Assembly: GCA_964385105.1 (NCBI GenBank)
Contig: CAYLMU010000002.1
Span: 1 to 51,671 of the forward strand
Direction of reading: 5' to 3'
Length of the DNA stretch: 51,671 nt
DNA from: an uncultured Candidatus Saccharibacteria bacterium
GTDB lineage: Bacteria; Patescibacteriota; WWE3; UBA101185; UBA10185
The notes under the pieces were generated by a model. That model did not search any database. It was not told where the DNA came from and saw only the letters and a program-made list of their open reading frames with translations. A program made the position numbers and the translations under genes. The number at the start of each line of letters is the position of its first letter. Within the stretch, counting starts at the first letter, position 1. Below are positions 29,920 through 38,636 of the stretch, piece after piece.

Positions 29920-30546
29920 TTGGCCGTGTTTGATGGGGAAACCATCTACATGGTTGATGAGCCGCGTGAGGCAGAAATTGCCGAGCTGGGTTATGTGGAT
30001 CGCGAACTAGTGGTACGCGACCACACGCGTCGGCAAGTGACGTTCGAAGTGGCCCCCGACCACCTGCTGAAGCAGGTTGAAAAGGAGCTACTTCAGGTCC
30101 GTCGGTGGCAAACTTTTGGTGAATGGCCGCAGAGCCATTCACTCCGGATGGATGACAAGACCGCTCGGGTCTATGTTGTCTATTCCGGTGGAGAGACCTC
30201 GTTCTCTCCCGAAGGTTACCACCGAGCGGGTTCTAGAGCGTACGAGGAAGCAAAATACTTCCTCCGGCAGGTTGTGAGAGGTGAAATTGAACCTGCTGTG
30301 TTGCTCCCCCAAGGCATATTGAGGAAGGTGGAACTTCCGCCCGTTCCTCAAAAGTGGGGGGAGCAGTACGCATATGTCAAGGCGTTACGCTTCTTGGGTC
30401 GAAAGACTCCTAAAGTGCAACGCCATGACGACCCCAACGCCAGGCTGTCCTGGACAGCCGTCCATTGGCTGGGGATTAGATTGGCTCTTGCCCTTGGTTG
30501 GGTTCCAAACCCGCCAAAAAGTGAAAACCACTTTTGGGCAGAGTGA
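29920..30546 (+). CDS. Hypothetical protein; true start possibly ATG 29895 with a frameshift near 29920
   Basis: 208-aa ORF; no SD at TTG 29920, but an SD-preceded ATG at 29895 is out of frame by one base. Confidence 0.65.
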   Translation: MAVFDGETIYMVDEPREAEIAELGYVDRELVVRDHTRRQVTFEVAPDHLLKQVEKELLQVRRWQTFGEWPQSHSLRMDDKTARVYVVYSGGETSFSPEGYHRAGSRAYEEAKYFLRQVVRGEIEPAVLLPQGILRKVELPPVPQKWGEQYAYVKALRFLGRKTPKVQRHDDPNARLSWTAVHWLGIRLALALGWVPNPPKSENHFWAE

Positions 30547-30791
30547 ATCAGTGCAGTCACAGCTGCAAAATAAACCTTCATGCACATCATGTAGGTAACT
30601 CAAATGAGTAGTTCTGTGAAAAACTCATAAGCAATTTGTTTTGTCGTGGCCAAAGTACAGTTACCTTAACCGGGATCTTGTGCTTTGGCCGCTCTTTAAA
30701 ATATTTCAGTGATAGTAATTTGCCGGTAACTAGTTATGGGTAAATTACTCTCATTGAATTGGAGAGTAAAAAATATAAAAGGAGAAAAAAA

Positions 30792-31100
30792 ATGAACGGC
30801 AACGGCAGGTATAATTTCGTCTGCATGGACTGCGGATATTTGGCAAAGCGACATAGTGGGGGTATTTGTCCACATTGTCGCATTCAGCTTACTAAAATAA
30901 CCCAAGAAGAAGCAAGATTTCTTGGTGACAAAAAAGTGAGAAGTGACAGACTGAGCGTTCTGAAGTGGATTCGTAGTAGATATTCCAAAGAAGTACTAGA
31001 ATCCACAGACAACTGGGGAAGGCCTTTTGTCCCATTATTATGGAGGCCTCGCAAGAGACGAAATTTAAGAGTTTTAATGGGTTGTGTAAAAAGATCTTAA
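30792..31100 (+). CDS. Zinc-ribbon-containing small basic protein
   Basis: AGGAG SD; CMDC..CPHC. Confidence 0.72.
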   Translation: MNGNGRYNFVCMDCGYLAKRHSGGICPHCRIQLTKITQEEARFLGDKKVRSDRLSVLKWIRSRYSKEVLESTDNWGRPFVPLLWRPRKRRNLRVLMGCVKRS

Positions 31101-31450
31101 AAACAGTACTCAATGTGAGTTATATAGTAATCGCACAAACATTGAGTTCAAAAAAGCGCTTTTGTGTTTTAACAGTGGGTAGGACTGTTAGTAACAAAAC
31201 ACGAGAGCGCTTTTTTGCATTATCCTATAAAATAATAATGGACATGCATTGTTCAAAATCACCTGATTCCAAACAAGTACATGTCCTAAAGTTCTAAACC
31301 TCAAATTCTAAAAAAGGGTGCTTATGTTATTTGCGAGACAAAATATTCTGCAACACAACAAGTGCCGATTTTCTCAAAGCAGCGCTAAGCCTACGTGCAT
31401 TATCGTCACTAATCTTGATTCCATTACCAAATATATTCTTCATTACTTTC

Positions 31451-32599
31451 TCACTTTAACTGATTAGCTGTTGTTACAATTAAATTCGATATTTCCTCCC
31501 AATCTGGTCTGGCGTCTACCCTAATACAAACAGCAGGCACTCCTGTTGATTTAACATATTTTACTAAATTTGGAGAAATTTCACAACTTTCAATAGTAGC
31601 GTTGGCATCGTTTGTCATAAATCCGTTTCTATAAACCTGGATACTAACGCTAGCATCCGTGTCCCCATTGAATTCCGAGCTAATTCCCACAACCGTATTA
31701 TAATTACTCGACTTAATATCTACAGCAAATTCCAGCCCACTACCTAAAATTCTAACTCTACCATCAATCCCATTATAAACATCGTCATGTACTTCAGTTT
31801 CGTTGTTACCCGTAATTATTTCAAAATCTGGTGATGCATCAAAAAATCTTAATACTTGAAATTCTGCAAAAGCTCCACTACGTAATTTTCTAAAATTACT
31901 TTCATAATCTGGTGTTTTAGGAACTAAAGTTTTTAAATTATCCCAAAGTTCCTTGAACTCTATTTTGTAGTCTTGGCCATCGTCTGTTTTTTCAAGCATA
32001 ATGTCAGAAATATTTCTTAAAAATCTCGACATATGAGTTGGATAACCAGTCATATTATGCTGATAGGGATTTTTGTCATTTTTAATATTACTTTCAATTA
32101 CCCAAAGCATATTAGAAACAAGTAGTATTTGAGCGCCTGCCTGATAATACTCGTCTTCACTTGCTGTTTCGCGCAATCTGTCTAGAACCATAGTTGTTGC
32201 AACAGCTCTTCGTGCACTGTATTGGGCTATATTGGCATTTGAACCGGATCGCTCAATTTTTATATTTTCTTGTAATAGCCAGTTTGTATAAAGAGCAACT
32301 GCTTCTTCAGCAGTTCGTATTTCTTGTCGTTCTAGTTTTGGAATAAAATAAGTAACTTCATATCTATTTTCATCAAGTAGTTTTTCTAAATAGTCATAAG
32401 TTAGTGGAGTACCTAGTTCATCTATCGCTTTTACTATTCCTTGTTCAATATCTTCTAACGCTTGCTCAAATGTGACAGTATTTTGCTCAATTGTGTATCT
32501 ATCATTTAGAGGGTTTCTAATTTCAACATTAGCAGCCATTTCCGCTTCATTACGTACTCTCTCATGTTCATTTTCAAAAGTTATAGCAGGTGAAGTCAT
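31451..32599 (-). CDS. Hypothetical protein with possible C-terminal PD-(D/E)XK nuclease-like motif
   Basis: FAEFQV..HDDVYNGID..FAVDIKSS; ATG 32599 is 7 nt after TATAAT. Confidence 0.7.
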   Translation of the reverse strand: MTSPAITFENEHERVRNEAEMAANVEIRNPLNDRYTIEQNTVTFEQALEDIEQGIVKAIDELGTPLTYDYLEKLLDENRYEVTYFIPKLERQEIRTAEEAVALYTNWLLQENIKIERSGSNANIAQYSARRAVATTMVLDRLRETASEDEYYQAGAQILLVSNMLWVIESNIKNDKNPYQHNMTGYPTHMSRFLRNISDIMLEKTDDGQDYKIEFKELWDNLKTLVPKTPDYESNFRKLRSGAFAEFQVLRFFDASPDFEIITGNNETEVHDDVYNGIDGRVRILGSGLEFAVDIKSSNYNTVVGISSEFNGDTDASVSIQVYRNGFMTNDANATIESCEISPNLVKYVKSTGVPAVCIRVDARPDWEEISNLIVTTANQLK

Positions 32600-32728
32600 T
32601 AACTTAATTATAGCCCAAACAAATAATCTTCCAACCAATCTTACTTCATACATTTATATTTTTAAAATATACTTAATAAGTTGAAATTTTTTTGACTATA
32701 GCTAAGAAGTGTAAAAGGAGAGTAAATC

Positions 32729-32932
32729 ATGGCTAAATGCAGAAGTTGTGTTAACGGCACAATAACTTCACGAAGAAACGGGATGGATGTAGTTGAGACT
32801 TGTCCATACTGCAATGGAACCGGCATACACAACCCTAAGAATTATCCTGAGTATCTGGGTGAATACAGCCCGGGTGCGTCTGATGGAAGTTCAAGCAAAA
32901 AGGGGAGAAGCAACCGTTCCAGCCGTTGGTAA
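32729..32932 (+). CDS. Small DnaJ-type zinc-finger protein
   Basis: AGGAG SD; CRSCVNG..CPYCNGTG. Confidence 0.7.
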   Translation: MAKCRSCVNGTITSRRNGMDVVETCPYCNGTGIHNPKNYPEYLGEYSPGASDGSSSKKGRSNRSSRW

Positions 32933-32989
32933 AGGTAAGACTCAGCGATTAAGAAATTACTCGCTGAGTCTTTATATTAAACTCCATCG

Positions 32990-33187
32990 TTAAGGTTTTA
33001 GTTTACGTCTGTTGATAACATTGCCATTTACAGCTTGTAATGCACTTTTTAGGCATTTTTCACACAAGTATTTTGTTTGGACGGATAACTGTCCAGGGTC
33101 TCCGTTTTCTACATTAAATGACAAACTTTCAACTGCAGGAGTGTGATTTTTATAAAATTTTCTACATTCATCACAATCATAGCTCAT
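32990..33187 (-). CDS. Small CxxC..CxxC protein
   Basis: CDEC..CEKC; AGGAG upstream on the - strand. Confidence 0.6.
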   Translation of the reverse strand: MSYDCDECRKFYKNHTPAVESLSFNVENGDPGQLSVQTKYLCEKCLKSALQAVNGNVINRRKLKP

Positions 33188-33306
33188 AATAATTAATCTC
33201 CTTTTTCATAAGCATTAATAATTGCGTTTTAACAGGATATACGACTAATTCTACACCCCATACCATTTTCTTGTACATACCCTATATTCATTGTATTCTA
33301 AAAGTT

Positions 33307-34326
33307 ATGCACATTGCTTTTGCTTACAATGTTAAAAAAAGTGACCCCAGCTTAAATATAAGCGAACAAAAAGATATAGATTTTGATGCTCCCGAAACAA
33401 TTGATTCAATTATAAAAACAATTGAATCTCTTGGACATACTGTAATTAGAATAGAGGCAGATTTAAACGCATATGAAAATCTAAAAAAGCACAAAGATTC
33501 AATTGATTTATTGTTTAATATTGCTGAAGGTTTGCACGGAGATGCAAGAGAATCACAAATTCCGTTGTTTTGTGAAATGCTAGGAATAAAATATACTCAT
33601 TCTACTCCAACTACACACGCACTTACTTTAAATAAACATTTTACTAAGACCTTTTTGAAAGGTGTTGGCATTACAATTCCTGAATCGCAAATAATTAGCA
33701 GTCCAGAATTTGAATTGTCAAACGAACTAAAATTTCCTTTAATAATAAAACCAAACGATGAGGGTTCAAGTATGGGAGTGCTTGATGCAAATATTGTAGA
33801 TAACGAAGAACAGTTATGAGTAAGAGTAAACGCTATTTATAAAGAGTTTGACGCTAATTTACTTTTAGAAGAATATATTGAGGGTAGGGAATTTACAGTT
33901 GCGGTTTTAGGCAATTATCCGGCAAAAGTTTTACCGATTATAGAACAAAAGTTTGATTTTTTACCCGAAGGAATGCACAACATAGCTGGATACGAACTCA
34001 AGTGGCTTTATGAAGATTCATTAGAAGATGTTACACAAGCTTATGGTTGCCCTGCTGATGTATCACAAGAAGTTCAAAAATTAATCGAGGAAACATCCTT
34101 AAAGGCTTATAATGCTTTGCAAGCAAAAGATGCTGCGAGAATTGATTATCGTTTGTCTGACACAAACCAGCTATATTTCATAGAAATAAACACTCTTCCC
34201 GGAATAAATCCGGCTGAAGGTATAATAAGCTATTTTCCTTTAGCTGCAAGAACTTCTGGACTTAGCTACAGCGACACAATCGAAGCAATAATTAATAACG
34301 CCCTTAAACGCTATAGCGAGCAATAA
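33307..34326 (+). pseudogene. D-alanine--D-alanine ligase-like ATP-grasp gene interrupted by one in-frame TGA (33817-33819)
   Basis: FNIAEG, FPLIIKPNDEGSSMG, then after the TGA in the same frame EEYIEGREFTVAVLGN, ARIDYR, IEINTLPG. Confidence 0.8.
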
Positions 34327-34408
34327 TCTGCTTTGACACCATTTAAGATTCAAATTATACTCTTTAAAACTTAAGCAAATTAATGCATTTATGTAAGGAG
34401 AGTAAACG

Positions 34409-35197
34409 ATGTTGAACATAGGAATTCATACTTTGTCATTTGGATTTGGCATGCTGGGAATGCCCGGGTTGTATATAACGTCTTTGTTGGCCAGGAAACT
34501 CGGAGTTGGCGTTCAACTCATGCCGCAACGGGGCATAGTTGAATCCGTGGATTTTTTTCCACCCGAACAAGTTTTGGCAATAGAGTGGCAGCCGTGGAAT
34601 TACGGACCCCTATCGCAAGTTTATAAGCGACTTAAAGCTAAGAACATAAGTCCTGGTTTTGAGCCTCCTATGCCCATAGATTGGTTTTTGTTTGGAAGTA
34701 GTGAAGGTGATATCAGTATTAAGCAACTTATTCTGCAGTCAAATTTTCCTGATGTTTTGTATGTAAGCCACAGTACACATTGCAGTGAGTTAGAAGGTTT
34801 TGTTAATTGGGCATTTGAATTGCATCCGGATGCTTTCATAAAAGAAAGGCGGCCGGTTTTTGATGTTCAAACTGAAGGGATTCCTTTAGTACTGGATTAC
34901 ACTCATTTAACTCGAACCGACAGATATGGACATGGTGTTCGAGTTTTTGATGACGATCCAGTTGACTGGCTTATGTCATTACCGATCGACTTGGTAAAAG
35001 GGGTACATTTTCACCCACGTAATGCACAAGACATTAATGATTTTCTGTCAAATAAGGGGACACAATTTGACTTATTTCATAGAATATTGTTTGAAAGACT
35101 TAAGTCAGTTGCAAGCCATGAGCCGGTGATCATCGAAAACCATCCCAAACATGCTTTTCTCGTGCCTAAACTCATTTCTACCCTAATGAAACTATAA
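34409..35197 (+). CDS. Hypothetical protein, possibly xylose-isomerase-like/AP2 TIM barrel
   Basis: AGGAG SD; candidate metal ligands ELHP, LDYTH, VHFH, IENH in the expected order. Confidence 0.6.
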   Translation: MLNIGIHTLSFGFGMLGMPGLYITSLLARKLGVGVQLMPQRGIVESVDFFPPEQVLAIEWQPWNYGPLSQVYKRLKAKNISPGFEPPMPIDWFLFGSSEGDISIKQLILQSNFPDVLYVSHSTHCSELEGFVNWAFELHPDAFIKERRPVFDVQTEGIPLVLDYTHLTRTDRYGHGVRVFDDDPVDWLMSLPIDLVKGVHFHPRNAQDINDFLSNKGTQFDLFHRILFERLKSVASHEPVIIENHPKHAFLVPKLISTLMKL

Positions 35198-35200
35198 GAT

Positions 35201-35238
35201 AAGGGACTGTTAGCTAATGAAAATTCTAACAGTCCCTT
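35201..35238. terminator. Probable bidirectional terminator
   Basis: Perfect 13-bp stem AAGGGACTGTTAG/CTAACAGTCCCTT between convergent genes. Confidence 0.75.
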
Positions 35239-35248
35239 AAATTCCATG

Positions 35249-35512
35249 TCAGCGTAGCAACAATAGTACTATGAAAAACAGAATACAGACGATGAATGTC
35301 GTTATTGCACCTCTATTCATAATGGTTTCTATTTTCAAGTGCTGCTGGCGATTACCTGTGGCAACTTCAATGTATTTGCTATTTTTAATACTATGAAGAC
35401 CAGCTAATGTTACAACTATAAAGAAAGAAGCCACTATACCACAAAAAATTGTTATACCTCTCAGTGCAATGTTAGTCGCCGGATCACTCAAAAAAGCTAT
35501 AATCTCACCCAT
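35249..35512 (-). CDS. Small two-TM membrane protein
   Basis: Two hydrophobic segments; AGGAG upstream on the - strand. Confidence 0.65.
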   Translation of the reverse strand: MGEIIAFLSDPATNIALRGITIFCGIVASFFIVVTLAGLHSIKNSKYIEVATGNRQQHLKIETIMNRGAITTFIVCILFFIVLLLLR

Positions 35513-35803
35513 TGGTTTTTTTTCTCCTGGATTTTTAATGTATAAAAGGCCAAAAACCCTTTGTATTATATAAAAAACCTATAATTACGTCAAAATAAGT
35601 CAACTTAAAAAAGTATCAATTCGGCAAAAGAGGAAAATATTTGAGAGTGGTTCGTTATATGTAAAGATGCTCAAAAAAAACGTTGCAAGTACGCCAAAAC
35701 CTATAAACTAGGGGAACTGCAATGTAGTAGTTTGAGATTTCTTTCCTCATTTTTTAAATTATAGCACCGGTTTTTTTGTGGGTGTATAGGGTAATGATGT
35801 TGA

Positions 35804-35877
35804 TGGCAGGGGCGGAGGGAATCGAACCCCCAGTATTTCTTTTGGAGAGAAATGTGTTGCCATTACACTACGCCCCT
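35804..35877 (-). tRNA. tRNA-Trp (CCA)
   Basis: AGGGGCGTAG..anticodon loop CTCCAAA..GGTTCGATTCC..GCCCCTGCCA. Confidence 0.95.
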
Positions 35878-36107
35878 ATGTCCCAGTTTAAGAACTTTAG
35901 CGTATGAATTATATATGCATGATAACTTCCTAGCAACTAAATAATTATAGTATCTAATACTTAAACATCCCATATAACCAGGCTTTTTTCTTTTTGCTAT
36001 GTGGTTTGATATAGGTTTTTTTAAATTGAAAATGAGGTATTTTAGTTATATTTGACCAAAAATCCTTTTGTATTACGAAGTAATACGCGCATGATATAAT
36101 CTAAATA

Positions 36108-36392
36108 ATGCAAAAGATTGAAAAAATTATTTGGGATGCGTGGAATACAAGTCACATTGCAAAGCATGGAGTAAGTATGCAAGAGGTTGAGAAAGCATTG
36201 TCGGATTTATATGTTGTTTATTTGCCAACTTATAATGGCAGAATTTTAGCTTTAGGAAGATCCGAAATGAGACTTCTTGCCATTATACTTGTTGAAGAGT
36301 CGGAAAGAGAATTTTACATAATTACTGCTCAAGATATGAGCAAAAAAGAAAGGAAGGTGTACAGAAATGCCAAAAAGAAAGACATTGCCTAA
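36108..36392 (+). CDS. BrnT-family toxin (ribonuclease)
   Basis: IIWDAWNTSHIAKHGVSMQEVEKAL..ALGRS..IITAQDMSKKERKVY. Confidence 0.85.
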   Translation: MQKIEKIIWDAWNTSHIAKHGVSMQEVEKALSDLYVVYLPTYNGRILALGRSEMRLLAIILVEESEREFYIITAQDMSKKERKVYRNAKKKDIA

Positions 36393-36660
36393 ATTTAAAA
36401 ACATCGAAGAAGAGGCCAATTTTTGGGATACCCATAGTATTGTGGATTATGTTGACTTTGAGCAACCGCTAAAGTTAGTGTACAAACCAAAAACAGAAAA
36501 GAAAGAAACAATGACAATTCGCGTTGCTCCTAGTTTGAAAAAAGAAGTTGAAAAATTAGCCCAAGAATATGATATTTCAACATCGTCTCTTATAAGAATG
36601 TGGATGGTTGATCGCTTACGTGAGGCTTTATCAAAGGATTCCCAATATAAAGACTATTAG
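36367..36660 (+). CDS. BrnA/CopG-type antitoxin (ribbon-helix-helix)
   Basis: LPKFKNIEEEANFWDTHS..MTIRV..ISTSSLIRMW; overlaps the toxin gene. Confidence 0.85.
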   Translation: MPKRKTLPKFKNIEEEANFWDTHSIVDYVDFEQPLKLVYKPKTEKKETMTIRVAPSLKKEVEKLAQEYDISTSSLIRMWMVDRLREALSKDSQYKDY

Positions 36661-36735
36661 TGGAGCCTGGGGGGAGAATCGAACTCCCGACTTCTTCCTT
36701 ACCATGGAAGCGTTCTGCCCCTGAACTACCCAGGC
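36661..36735 (-). tRNA. tRNA-Thr (GGT)
   Basis: Cloverleaf; anticodon arm CTTCC-ATGGTAA-GGAAG; encoded CCA. Confidence 0.95.
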
Positions 36736-36736
36736 T

Positions 36737-36822
36737 TGGTGCCGGGAGCAAGATTCGAACTTGCGAAGGCGTATGCCAACTGATTTACAGTCAGTCCCGT
36801 TTGGCCACTTCGGTATCCCGGC
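36737..36822 (-). tRNA. tRNA-Tyr (GTA)
   Basis: Cloverleaf with long variable arm; loop CTGTAAA. Confidence 0.95.
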
Positions 36823-36828
36823 AAAGTA

Positions 36829-36903
36829 TGGAGCCTGGAGTGAGACTTGAACTCACGACCTATCCCTTACAAGGGGATTGCTCTACCACTGAGCTATCCA
36901 GGC
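36829..36903 (-). tRNA. tRNA-Thr (TGT)
   Basis: Cloverleaf; loop CTTGTAA; encoded CCA. Confidence 0.95.
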
Positions 36904-36933
36904 ACATCCAGCTAACAAATTTTAACACAAAAA

Positions 36934-37338
36934 TTAAAGTAATGAAGTAATTGTAGGGTTTTTCTTATTTTTGTCGTTTTGCTTTTTTTGGGATTTTTCA
37001 GTTTCGGGTATAGCATTTTGGGTGATTAACGTGGTTTTTATTTCCGCCATGTCTTTTTCAAGTAATTTTAAAATTTTTTCCTGTTTTTTTTCCAGTTGTT
37101 CTATGTCTTTTTCCCATTTACTTTGTGAAGAGTGGAGAAGTGCCATCATCAAAAAAGTTAGAATTGTTGTAAAGGTATTTATAAATAAATGCCATAGCTC
37201 TTCGGTTGGAAATATAAATCTTGAAGGAAACCACAAAATAATAACGCCTAAAGACCATGCAAACCAATATGGAGAGCCCACAATTCCACTAACAAAATCA
37301 GAAAGTCTTTCAAATCCTTTTTCAAAATTTTTAGGCAT
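36934..37338 (-). CDS. Low-affinity iron permease (Fet4-like) family membrane protein
   Basis: GSPYWF..WHLFINTFTTILTFLMMALLHSSQ matches the family pattern WQLxINTxTTIxTFLMxFLIQxxQ. Confidence 0.75.
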   Translation of the reverse strand: MPKNFEKGFERLSDFVSGIVGSPYWFAWSLGVIILWFPSRFIFPTEELWHLFINTFTTILTFLMMALLHSSQSKWEKDIEQLEKKQEKILKLLEKDMAEIKTTLITQNAIPETEKSQKKQNDKNKKNPTITSLL

Positions 37339-37439
37339 TACATTAATATTAGAGTGTGCCTAATTACCAGTCAAGTTAAGCATTTTTATATCGGCATTTA
37401 TTGACACTTTATACACATTTGTGGTTTAATCTTTCTGCT

Positions 37440-37658
37440 ATGTCAAGAGTTTGCGAATTTTGCGAAAAAAGCTATATAAAAGGTAATTTAGTCCCAAGAG
37501 GTATTGGAAGACGTGTTACTAGAAGAACAAGCACACGCCAACAACCAAACTTAAGGAACAAAAAGCTTGAAATAAATGGCCAAAAAGTAAAGGTTAGAAT
37601 TTGCACATCTTGTTTAAAAAGATTAAAGTTTGAGTCTCAAGCTGAAGAAGATAATTAA
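37440..37658 (+). CDS. rpmB: 50S ribosomal protein L28
   Basis: MSRVCEFC..TRRTSTRQQPNL..VRICTSCLK. Confidence 0.93.
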   Translation: MSRVCEFCEKSYIKGNLVPRGIGRRVTRRTSTRQQPNLRNKKLEINGQKVKVRICTSCLKRLKFESQAEEDN

Positions 37659-37663
37659 CTTAG

Positions 37664-38635
37664 CTATTTAACTCTGAGGTATCCGTTTATAAAATCATTC
37701 CAACTCATAATATTTTTGCTTTCAGGCTGAATTTCAAGAATTTTTAAAACTTCATTTTCAAAAAAAGCTTTATGTATTTTAATCCTCATATCTTTTTCGT
37801 TTTTTGGTACTAATTTGAAAGCTTCAGCATCTTTTGATGTTTTATTGATTATTCCTTCATTATTTATCATAATATTGGCATTTGACATATCTTCAAGCGT
37901 AGTCCATGCAATTGGCCAGGGGTTATAAGCGCGTATTTGAGCATATATGTCATGCAGTGAAAAAGACCAATTAATTTCTGCATCCTCTTTAAAAATATAT
38001 GTACTTTTAGGATGGGTAGGTGAAATACAATATGTAGCTTCTTTATTGTCCTGTTTTGTCGGTGTTAAAGTTCCAGAAATATATTCGTTGACAACATAAG
38101 GCAAATGTTCTGCTGCAATGTCAAATAAGTTATTATATAACTCAGCCGTCGTTTCGTGTCCAGTAAGTCCATATTTGACTTGATATAGTATATCACCTGT
38201 GTCCATACCTTCGTCAATTTGCATGTATGTTACACCTGTAATTTCTTCATGGTTTAGAATTGTGTGCTGCACAGGACTAGCACCACGATATTTTGGAAGA
38301 AGTGAAAAGTGTATATTAATCATTCCATAAGATAACACTTCATAAATAGTAGATGGTATAATAAAATTGAAATCTGCTATTATACCTAAGTCAATTTTCT
38401 CATTTTCAAATAAATTGATTATTTCATTAACAGATTGTGTGTTTAAAGAATCAATAGTATGAAACAATATGTTATTAGATTTTGCCCACTTTTTAACACT
38501 TGTTTCGCGAATTTCTTGCTTTCTTCCAACTTTAGTGTCGTTTTTTGTCACACATAACTTTAATTTAAAATTATTATGTAAAGTGTTTAATATTGGCTCA
38601 GATTTATCTGATGTTCCAAAAAATGCAATGTTCAT
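37664..38635 (-). CDS. fmt: Methionyl-tRNA formyltransferase
   Basis: MNIAFFGT, INIHFSLLPKYRGASPVQ, MDTGDI, IRAYNPWP. Confidence 0.95.
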   Translation of the reverse strand: MNIAFFGTSDKSEPILNTLHNNFKLKLCVTKNDTKVGRKQEIRETSVKKWAKSNNILFHTIDSLNTQSVNEIINLFENEKIDLGIIADFNFIIPSTIYEVLSYGMINIHFSLLPKYRGASPVQHTILNHEEITGVTYMQIDEGMDTGDILYQVKYGLTGHETTAELYNNLFDIAAEHLPYVVNEYISGTLTPTKQDNKEATYCISPTHPKSTYIFKEDAEINWSFSLHDIYAQIRAYNPWPIAWTTLEDMSNANIMINNEGIINKTSKDAEAFKLVPKNEKDMRIKIHKAFFENEVLKILEIQPESKNIMSWNDFINGYLRVK

Positions 38636-38636
38636 A

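Noticed and set aside
19756-31450. Intact prophage
   Set aside because: No integrase, terminase, capsid, tail, lysis or replication gene recognised
33817-33819. UGA recoding (genetic code 25) or selenocysteine
   Set aside because: TGA ends other genes here, long genes show no internal TGA, and the position is not a Cys site
36660-36950. 96-aa ORF on the - strand in the track
   Set aside because: Translation artefact over three tRNA genes
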